NCBI GenBank assembly: GCA_028826165.1
Contig: JAPDFW010000082.1
Span: 124,001-188,000 of the forward strand
Direction of reading: 5' to 3'
Length of the DNA: 64,000 nt
Origin: Anaeramoeba ignava BMAN
Taxonomy: Eukaryota; Protista; Anaeramoebae
This document shows, in pieces, positions 55,001 through 64,000 of the stretch. The position numbers and the translations under genes were made by a program. The number at the start of each line of letters is the position of its first letter. The stretch's first letter is position 1. The notes beneath the pieces are model-generated. The model was not told where the DNA came from. It was given only the letters and a program-made list of their open reading frames with translations, and ran no database searches.

Positions 55001-58000
55001 TTAAAATCTCCTTTCCACGCAATTTCTCCCTTTTAATCTTCGTTGCAATAGAAACAGCAGAATAAATAGAATCCTGCACTTCCAAACTCTCTGCTTGTTG
55101 CCTGTCAAAATGGGACAGAATATCAAGACATCGTACCATCGCTTCTTCTGCTCGATTAAAATGAGACTGAGCAAGTTCAAGCTTTGCTTTCTCAAAGAAG
55201 ACCCAATCAGGAATATCTGGTTCAGAACGGAATTTCTCGAACCGTTTGATCAAAAGCTCAGCATGAGAGAAGCTTCCCGACTTGCGAGCTTGAACAACAC
55301 GTTTTCTCAAGGCGATGTCGGATATCTTTGTCAAAATGCGTGAGTTTCGAGCCTCGTTTTCTTGGATATCCTGGTTGGAATAAACTGTATTTTTTTGGTT
55401 TCTTCGAGAACGAGCAAGTTCGACCAAGAAATGGAAAGTCCCTAATACATCCGGTTTGAGATACACAATTTCGGATATTGGGAAGGAGATGAGATGAGTA
55501 TTTGTGCGCTTGATGTCGCGTGCAAACTGAACAAGCGCGAGTTTCTGAGCGTATGGTTGGAGTTGCGAAAGACCCTCGTCAGAAAGATTGCGGATATCTT
55601 GACAGAGCATGTCCGTTGCAACGCTCAAATGATCGGTTTTCTGTCTGTTGCGGTTGATTTCGACGGGTATTGTTGATTCCATCATGTCCGCAATCACAAA
55701 AGAACTGACGACATCAAAAAAGTTCGATGTGCGTTGAAGTAGATACGATCTGTTTCTTGTTGCACGGAACATTTGCTTGTGGTTATTCAGTGATTCCAGC
55801 ATTTTCTGTGAGAATGCAACGGGCGTTTTTCGCGGATAGGTTTCTTCCGAAGAGAGAATAAAATCAACAACCTGCTCCTCATGAAGAAAAGTGGGCTCGG
55901 GTGAGATTGCGAAACGGGAAATAATTGTGCGGATGTCTGCAAATAGATTCTTGAGACCCGCCCAATCCTCGTCCATCTTGTATGCCAGCGCAAGATGATC
56001 CGCAACAAATCCAAAGCTCAAAGACACGATTTCAACAAGTGATTTGGGGAGATCGGTCTTCTGTTTCTCAAGCAACGCAGAAATAACACGGGAGTTGAGA
56101 ACGCGCAGAGTAGCCTCTATTTGGTGCTCTGCGAAATGCAGTATTCCTTCGATCCACGATATTGTGTAGTCAAGAAAAACGAACCTTTTTGGTTCAATTT
56201 GCTTCTGTTTTCGGACAAAATGAAGATATCCTCGGATCGTGTCGGGATCGCCGAGAGCAAGAGCGCTTTCGCAGAGGAAAACCGCGGCTCTTTCAAGAAC
56301 CAATCGTGCCGATTTGGGCGACTTTGGAAATAGTTCGTGTTTGATATAGTTCATCGTGAACAAGATCGCGCTTGTATGTCTCTGTTGAGAACGAGCAATC
56401 GACATCAGCGCGCGTATGTTGTTTAATATCCACCTGCGGCACACTGCCTTGTGTTTGATGAAGAATTCAACGGACTTTTCATCAGGCGTTGGAAGCGATA
56501 ACGATCCATTGTAAACATTCACCATGTATTTTTCCAAGTCGCATACAAGTTGAGTTAGGCGAATCACAGCCATATCAGAATATCCTGATGTGTCCGCATC
56601 CTGCCGCACATTGCGGATTCCAGCATTCACAATCTCACCTGCAATTGAGAGCAATTTGGACGAAAGTAGGTTCAGCAACTCCTTTGGTTTTCCCAGCCGT
56701 GTTTTCAGTCGCGAATCAACACAGAAACGCGCTGCTCGTGTCACGGCCCATGCAAGCACTTCCTCTGTACAGCTCCGCAATATCGCATTCCCAATGTGTT
56801 TGTTTCCCTGTCGATTCTCGATACCTGTGTTGTTTCCCTGCCATTGATAATATATCCGATACAGAAAGTTCTGGATCACGCTCATCTTGGTCTCGTTCTT
56901 CAGAACAAACACAAGTATTTGATGGAGATGATCCTGTGAGAAGCTTTGTCCTGTTTCTTTTCTTTTCGCTCCTGATTCCTTTGCAAGCAAAAATTCTCTT
57001 CTCCAATTGTCTTTAGGTCTGATTGTTTCCAAATTCAGGATGCTTCCTGTTCCAAATGCCGCGATAAGCTGTGGTATCGGATCCATCTCGCATTCTTCGT
57101 CTTCTTCCGTTTGCGTTTTTTCACACGCCACAAACAGAGAGTATTGATCAGGTTCTTTCTTCATTTCCAAAAGAGTTTTGTTGATTTCCTCGCGTTCTTG
57201 AAGTCGAACTAATAATATCTCAAAAACAATCAATTGCTGATACTTCCTGAAGCACGACAACGAAACGTTCTTCATGCAAATGTTCAGCACATACAGCATA
57301 TATGCCCGTATTTTGATGTCCAAATCAACCAAAAAATATCCGATATCTTCAAACACAATTTCCGTGTCAATTGCCCTGCACAATCCCTTCTTATCATTAT
57401 CTTTCCCGATCTCCTGTGAAATGAAATGGAGAAGTTCAATCTTTTTTATTTGCAGATTGAAGTTCCAACTGCAGCTCTGTTTTCCCAATCTTTGGAAAAT
57501 TGTTCGTATGATTTGGCTTTGTTGGTTTAAGTTTAATAAGTGATTTTCATTTCCAATTAAATTTCCATTTTGATTTCCATTTTGATTTAAATTTAAATTT
57601 TGATTTAAATTTTCATTTTCATTTTGGTTTAAATTTTCATTTTCATTTTGGTTTAAATTTTCATTTTGGTTTAAATTTTCATTTAAATTTCCAAATAAAT
57701 CTAATTGTGAATTAATCCCACAAAAATCATCCATTAAACTTTCCATTTGAAAAAATCGCCCATTTCTCACTAAAAAACTTAATATCTCAATCACAACCAA
57801 TTGCACCTTTAAAGACTCGAAATTGGTATTCGGAACAATCTGAACAATATATGTAAAAATCCAGAACAATTTTGTCATGTAATGATTTCCATTTCCCAAA
57901 TTATTCGGCGCCAATTTAAAACACCCCAAAACAATCATCAATAACGTAACAATTTCCTCCTCGCAATTTTTATTTTCTTGCGCAAAAAAACACATCCATT

Positions 58001-59659
58001 CAAACCCAGCATCTTGAACATCCCTCTTCTGTGCAAACGAAACTAGCTCTTGATATGTTGCAAAAGCAACCTGATAAAGATCCTTATTTTCACGTGAAAA
58101 AACCATTGAAAAAATATCCTTTCCCCAAAATTCCTTCAAATCCTCGGCATCCAAAAACCCCCGTGTCTTTCTGAGAATCGCCAAGTTGATTCCCATTCTT
58201 TCTGTTATAATTTCGTGATTTTTCGCCAGATGAATATCTTCAAGAACTCGATATTTGAACCCATCCAAAAAAAACCGCTTCAAAAAGCGTTCTGGCAATA
58301 TTTCCATAAATCTCCACACAAACTCCTTCATCGTCTCCTTTGCTTCCAAACTAGAAATATCTTGCGCAAAAAAGCACGCTGAAATTCCGTGCTTGATGTT
58401 GCTGAAATGTGTGTCGAATTCCTGTATCTCAAGATTCACCAAAATTCCTTCAAAAAAAGTGAGTATTTCTTTCAAATCGAGTTTGCTCTCTTCTCTTTCA
58501 ATCGCCTCGACCAAATCATACAAATTCTGGTCGGTTAATTTGGTGTTCCTGCTCCATAAACCCTGGAAAGTGTCTCGGATCATCTGGTTAATATCAATAA
58601 TGCTGTCTTCAGGTAAATCGATTTTCTCCGTACTCCATAAAGAGAGAAAATGAGAAAACGGCACAAAAAGTTGTTCAGAAAGTGACGTCTTGTTTTTTCT
58701 GCAAATCTCTGCAACTATCTCAATCACCTGGATTATTGTTTCTTGTGTTGATTCTCTCGAAAATGTTTGTGTAAGTACTTCTGCAAGTTGGTTCAAATTA
58801 TTTGTATTTATTGAGTCCAATTCCTCCACTTTCTTCAATATTTCTTGAATGATTTGAAGATAATTTTGAAAGTATCCAAAGCTAATTAATAACATATATT
58901 TTAATTCATTTTAATTCATTAATTATTTAAATATTTAAATATTTATTACTTTTCTTCTTTCATTTGGGTCAATATAATTCCAAGAAAACTATTCAAACTT
59001 AATTCAAATTTACAAATAATATCTGGGATAATTTCTAAAACTTTCAAATAAAAAGAAGGATCACTAAAAAAAAATATAAAAAAAAAAATTTTTTTTTTGT
59101 TCAGTTTTTCTTATTTTGATATTTTTTTTAAATAAAAAAAAAAAACTTACTTTTGCTGAATCAAAAGTGAAAATGCTTTGGAAATTTCTTGATGTTGGGT
59201 TTCTAATTGGGACAAATTTTCAGAATCTTCAAAATATTCAAGAATTTTCTGTAAAAGATCAATCCGATTTTCTGGTTTAATTTCTAAAGATAAAGACTGT
59301 TGAAAAAGTTCACTTAAACGGTTTTCAAGCGATTGAAAATTTGAAACTGGTGATTTTGATTTGCGTTTGAACCTCATTTTGGATTTTTGAGAATTATTTC
59401 GATTTCTCCAAGAAGTCTTGAAAAAATTCTGGAACTCCCAATCAAAATTATATTTGTGAGAAGAAGGTATAAAACTGAATACTTTGTTATTGTTGAGTTG
59501 AATTGATAAATTTTGAAACGAAGAAAAATAATAGCGTTTAATTGAATGAAATGAAATTGTTCTCCTTCCGAAACTAATTTCTGTTGATTTGAAAACTAAA
59601 TCTGTTTTGTATTCATAGTTTTCGGCTTTTATTTGAGCATTATAAAAAACAAAGTTCAT
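49035..59659 (-). CDS. SMG1: SMG1 PIKK kinase (NMD), ~3,490 aa. Exons 59659-59151, 59063-58950, 58881-49035; the start could instead be 59377
   Basis: PWVMILPQLFAR, TKTRPKRL, YLLKANEDTRLDERI, GLGDRHLSNIL, VVHIDYNVCFDKG.L.VPERVPFR, DPLREW, then a >1000-aa insertion before the FATC (ATNIDNLSQMFYGWNAWI), which is diagnostic of SMG1. Confidence 0.93.
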
Positions 59660-59889
59660 CTTTTTTTTTTTTTTTTTTTTTTTTTTCAATCACAAAAATA
59701 ACAAAAAAAAAATAATAATTATAGAAATGAAAAAAAAAAAAGAAATATAAAAATATTTAAAAAGAAAAAGAAAGAAAAAAAATAATAGGAATGAGAAAAA
59801 AAAAATGAAAAAAAAAATTAAACTAAAAATTTTATTTTTTTTTTTTGCTTTTTTCTTCAATTTAAATTTTAATTTTTCAAATTTTAATT

Positions 59890-61671
59890 ATGGAAACACA
59901 ATATACAATTAATTGCATAACATCAGGAATTCTCTCAAACTCACATTTCCCAAGAGTATTACAAAACCATTTTGCCTATCTTCATTTATTTGCAAGTTCA
60001 CCTGAAAATCAACCACTTTTCAGAAGAACAGGTGTTATAAAAATAATAGTTACATCAATAAAGAAAAACTTGAACAACCAAGTAATTGTTTTATCAGGAT
60101 TATCTGCTTTGGTAGCAATCGCAAGAGACAAAACCAACGTTTCGGAGATTTGCCAGCACGGGGGATTGCAACTAGTTTTTGATACAATGAATGCGTATTC
60201 AAAGGTTGTTGATCTTATTGGGATTTGCTTTGAGTTATTAGTGATATTCTCAATGGACGATGAAATTGAGCTCCAAATTGGTGAAAAATCAGGAATCCAA
60301 TTGATTCTCAAGCTTCTCCAAGCAAACATCGACAACAACAAGTTGCTTTATATCGGGCTGCGCGCGTTGAAGAACGTCTTGTTTTCCGCTCAGAACCGCG
60401 ACATCTTCAGCGCAATCAACGGAATTGACGTGATCACAACTATTTTAAACACAAAATCAATCAATAGTGAAATCCAGCAGTTGTGCGCGTCAATTCTGCC
60501 CAGAACAATCCCCAAAACGGCAAGGGTTCAATCCCTCACAAAGGGAACAAGCATCGACACAATTCTGGAAACAATCCAAAAATTCACCTCAGATGTCCCT
60601 GTTCTCGAGAGCTGTTTTGCCTCTTTGATCCAAATGTCAATGAATGATGAAGTCGAACTTGAAATTGGCAAAAAAGGCGGCTTGCAAATTTTGAATCAAG
60701 CAATCGAAGCAAATATCAAGCAGAGTAACCTCATTCTTCTCGGTCTCAAGGCCTTCGCCAATCTCACTTGCTCCCCTCAAAACAGAGACATCTTCACAAT
60801 CATGGGCGGAATTCAAACTTTGATCCACATTCTTCAAAACAATTCCAAAAATATCGACATTTTGAAATTCTCCCCAAAAATCCTTTCCAGAATATGCTCC
60901 AGCGCAAAGAACCAGCAGTTTGTCCTCGAAAATAACATGATCCCATTGTTTCTCAACTTGATCAAACTCGTTCAATCCGAAACACAATTTTTGGAAAGTT
61001 GGTATATTGTGTTGATTCAATTGTCACTCAACGACGATCTCGAACTTGAAATTGGCAAAAGAGGCGGTTTGAAGGTTCTCAAGGATTCTTTGGAACCGCA
61101 TCTTATGAATCCTGACCTCGTTCTTTTGGGCTTGAAAGCCTTTGTTAATCTTGTTTCTTCTTCCCAAAACCAACAAGTTTTCATCGCAATTCAAGGAATT
61201 CAGATGCTTGTCAAAATTATCAATGAAAACTCATCCAAAAATGATTCAAAAGAAATTTGCACTAAAATTTTGAGGAATATTCTCATGAACCCCAAAAATC
61301 ACCAATTCCTCATCGACAAAGATGTTATCCCTTTCATTGCTCAAACAGCAATTAGCCTTCAATCAAATTTGCCTGCTCTTGAAACCTTTCTTTCCTCAAT
61401 TGGCCAAATGTCCAAAAATTCCCAAATTGCCAAAATATTTGGAAATGCTCAAATCATCCCCTTTATTCTTGATATAATCAATAATTTCAATAACGAATCA
61501 GTTCTGTATCTTGCCTGCGGTTGCTTGATTAATATTTCTTGTGTCCCAGAAAACAAAAAGTTGATCCGAGAGCAAAATGGAATGGCTTCTCTTTCTTCTT
61601 TATCAACAAAATTCCCAAATAATGAAAGGATCCAAAATGTTATAAAAAATGCTCAATCAAATTTGCGTTGA
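59890..61671 (+). CDS. Armadillo-repeat protein, 593 aa
   Basis: Repeated ~43-aa units (ICQHGGLQLV, IGKKGGLQIL, ACGCLINIS..ENKKLIREQNGM). Confidence 0.88.
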   Translation: METQYTINCITSGILSNSHFPRVLQNHFAYLHLFASSPENQPLFRRTGVIKIIVTSIKKNLNNQVIVLSGLSALVAIARDKTNVSEICQHGGLQLVFDTMNAYSKVVDLIGICFELLVIFSMDDEIELQIGEKSGIQLILKLLQANIDNNKLLYIGLRALKNVLFSAQNRDIFSAINGIDVITTILNTKSINSEIQQLCASILPRTIPKTARVQSLTKGTSIDTILETIQKFTSDVPVLESCFASLIQMSMNDEVELEIGKKGGLQILNQAIEANIKQSNLILLGLKAFANLTCSPQNRDIFTIMGGIQTLIHILQNNSKNIDILKFSPKILSRICSSAKNQQFVLENNMIPLFLNLIKLVQSETQFLESWYIVLIQLSLNDDLELEIGKRGGLKVLKDSLEPHLMNPDLVLLGLKAFVNLVSSSQNQQVFIAIQGIQMLVKIINENSSKNDSKEICTKILRNILMNPKNHQFLIDKDVIPFIAQTAISLQSNLPALETFLSSIGQMSKNSQIAKIFGNAQIIPFILDIINNFNNESVLYLACGCLINISCVPENKKLIREQNGMASLSSLSTKFPNNERIQNVIKNAQSNLR

Positions 61672-61770
61672 TACTTTTTTTCTTCTTAATTTCTTAATTT
61701 TTTAATTTCTTAATTTTTTTCCGATTATAAAAAAAAAAAGAAAAAAAAAAATTTTTTATATTTTTTAACG

Positions 61771-61800
61771 ATTCATTTTTTTCATTTTTTTTCATTTTTT
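61771..61800 (+). promoter_or_regulatory. Tandem TCATTT motifs (3 copies) upstream of ATG 61812
   Basis: attcatttttttcattttttttcatttttt directly before the start. Confidence 0.5.
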
Positions 61801-61811
61801 TTTTTTCTTAA

Positions 61812-62318
61812 ATGAAATCTTATAAAAGAGTTTCAAGAATTTCTTCTTTTTCAAATGAATTTTTTCAAGATGGAAATCAATTACAAACACCAAGAAAAAG
61901 AGTTTGTGATGATATTCAAGAACAAGAATCTCAAATTCAAATTGAATTTGAACCTAAATCTAGATTTAAATCTAAGAATATTCATAATTATGATTATGGA
62001 AATAATTTTGAAAATATAAAATCAATTCGAATTACAAAACCTAAAGCAAACACAAACACAAACATAAATATAAACACGAATTCAAACACAAACACAAACA
62101 CAAATTTAAATTTAAATATTAATTCAAATTTAAATTCAAATTTAAATATAAATACTAATTCAAATTATAATTCAAATTATAATCCAAATTCAAATTATAA
62201 TTTTATTGCAAATAAAATTTCAAAATCGAATTGTAATTTAGATTTAAATCTAGAATTCAGTCCAAATATCAAAAAACCTTTGTTATTTAATAAAACTCCC
62301 TTATTTTTAAGGGATTGA
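61812..62318 (+). CDS. Hypothetical 168-aa protein with an N/T-rich low-complexity middle
   Basis: ORF with complex termini (QTPRKRVC; SPNIKKP) and Inr-like motifs upstream. No domain recognised. Confidence 0.6.
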   Translation: MKSYKRVSRISSFSNEFFQDGNQLQTPRKRVCDDIQEQESQIQIEFEPKSRFKSKNIHNYDYGNNFENIKSIRITKPKANTNTNININTNSNTNTNTNLNLNINSNLNSNLNINTNSNYNSNYNPNSNYNFIANKISKSNCNLDLNLEFSPNIKKPLLFNKTPLFLRD

Positions 62319-62499
62319 ACAAAATATGAAAAAAAAATTTATTTTTGTTTTAGATTTATTTTCTTTTTTAAAAAAAAATTCAAAATAAAAATTAAATTCA
62401 AATTGTTTTTAATTAATTTTTTAAATTATTTATTTGAAATGAAAATCCACTTTTTATTATTATTTACAATTTTTTTTTCCTTTTTTTCCTTTTTTTCCT

Positions 62500-62542
62500 T
62501 TTTCATTTTTTTCATTTTTTTCATTTTTTTTTTATCATTTTA
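62500..62542 (+). promoter_or_regulatory. Tandem TCATTT motifs (4 copies) upstream of ATG 62548
   Basis: tttcatttttttcatttttttcattttttttttatcatttt directly before the start. Confidence 0.5.
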
Positions 62543-62547
62543 TTTAA

Positions 62548-62874
62548 ATGAATCAAAAACAACAAAAAGTCTCATACAAAGAGCAAAGAAAACAAAAAGA
62601 AAGTTTACTTGCTGAAGAAAGAAAAAAATGGGTTATTTTTTTTGCAAAACGGTTAATGACTAATCAAGACCAATCAACAAATTTATTTGATCCAAATTAT
62701 CAATTTCAAAATACTACAAATTTTTCTAATAATTATTATTATGATCCAAATCAAAATCAGTCATTTAATCCAAATCAAAATCAAAATCAATTTCAAAAAT
62801 CCAAATATAAATCAAAATCAATTTCAAAATCAAAATCAAATCAAAATCAAAATCAATTTCAAAATCAAAATTAA
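62548..62874 (+). CDS. 5' part of a hypothetical protein running into an NQFQ repeat; true end unknown
   Basis: Complex N-terminal ~65 aa (KESLLAEERKKWVIFFAKRLM), then a transition into the repeat with apparent single-base slips. Confidence 0.5.
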   Translation: MNQKQQKVSYKEQRKQKESLLAEERKKWVIFFAKRLMTNQDQSTNLFDPNYQFQNTTNFSNNYYYDPNQNQSFNPNQNQNQFQKSKYKSKSISKSKSNQNQNQFQNQN

Positions 62875-64000
62875 AATTAATTTCAAAATCAATTTCAAAA
62901 TCAAAATCAATTTCAAAATCAATTTCAAAATCAAAATCCAAATCAAAATCAAAATCAAAATCAATTTCAAAATCAATTTAAAAATCAAAATCAATTTCAA
63001 AATTTAAATTAAATTCAAAATCAATTTAAAAATCAAAATCAATTTCAAAATTTAAATCAATTTCAAAATCAATTTCAAAATCAAATCCAAATCAAAATCA
63101 AAATCAAAATCAAAATCAATTTCAAAATCAAAATCAAAATCAATTTCAAAATCAAAATCAATTTCAAAATCAATTTAAAAATCAAAATCAATTTCAAAAT
63201 CAAAATTAAAATTAATTTCAAAATCAATTTCAAAATCAATTTCAAAATCAATTTCAAAATCAATTTCAAAAATCAATTCAAAAATCAATTCAAAATCAAT
63301 TTCAAAATCAATTTCAAAATCAAAATCAATTTCAAATTCAAAATACAAAATTAATTTCAAAATCAAAAATCAATTTCAAAATCAAAATCAATTTCAAAAT
63401 CAAAATCAAAATTAATTTCAAAATCAAAAATCAATTTCAAAATTTAAATCAAATTCAAAATATAAATCAATTTCAAAATAAATTTCAAATACAAAATCAA
63501 TTTAAAAATCAATTTCAAAATCAAAATCAAAATCAAAATCAAAATCAATTTCAAAATCAAAATTAAAATTAATTTCAAAATCAATTTCAAAATCAATTTA
63601 AAAATAAATTCAAAATCAATTCCAAAATAGAAATCAATTTCAAAATTAAATTTCAAAATCAATTTAAAAATCAATTCAAAATCAATTTCAAAATTAATTT
63701 CAAAATCAAAAATCAATTTCAAAATCAAATCAATTTCAAAATCAAAATTTCAAAAATACAAAAATTAATTTCAAAATCAAAAATCAATTTCAAAATCAAA
63801 TTTAAATCAATTTCAAAATCAATTTCAAAATCAAAAATCAATTTAAAATCAATTTCAAAATCAATTTCAAAATCTCAATTTCAAAATTAAATATAAATTA
63901 AAATGATAAATCAATTTCAAAATCAAAATCAAAATACAAAATTAATTTCAATTTCAATTTCAATTTCAAAATTTAAATCAAATTCAAAATACAAAATCAA
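62745..64000. repeat. (AATCAATTTCAA/AATCAA)n degenerate array running to the window end
   Basis: 6/12-nt periodic array, nearly G-free on the plus strand. Confidence 0.92.

Noticed and set aside
49289-58653. Many 60-220 aa ORFs overlapping SMG1 on either strand
   Set aside because: Expected shadow ORFs in a locally GC-richer CDS, with no recognisable motifs.

Overview
AT-rich, gene-dense nuclear DNA of a unicellular eukaryote with spliceosomal GT-AG introns and the standard genetic code. It is not prokaryotic. An anaerobic metamonad amoeba such as Anaeramoeba is my guess from N/Q-repeat proteins and Trichomonas-like Inr motifs, but this is unproven. I reconstructed about 20 genes by hand, with 26 frame-consistent coding introns and one probable 5'UTR intron. 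In order: NDR/Dbf2-type kinase (truncated), p67phox/NoxR-like protein, 4-RRM protein, dolichol kinase, RhoGAP, probable MEI1/PRD1 meiotic protein, TMEM170, secreted bacterial-type esterase, TRAPPC11, DUF7906-like membrane protein, SLC35B4/YEA4, major vault protein, TMEM147, catalytically degenerate eRF3/Hbs1-like GTPase, acidic LF/DPF-motif protein, a ~10 kb gene with ~20 tandem C2 domains, SMG1 kinase, an ARM-repeat protein and two small unknown genes. The most striking non-gene structure is threefold. (i) Introns and some 3' flanks are inflated by locus-specific 4/6/12-nt microsatellites that are almost G-free on the transcribed strand. (ii) Splice signals are very degenerate: 10/26 acceptors are AAG/GAG, often with A-rich instead of pyrimidine tracts. 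(iii) Tandem TCA(T/C)TT initiator-like motifs sit just upstream of most start codons. No rRNA, tRNA, CRISPR, transposon or intein was recognised. Most short ORF-track entries are translations of microsatellites or antisense shadows.
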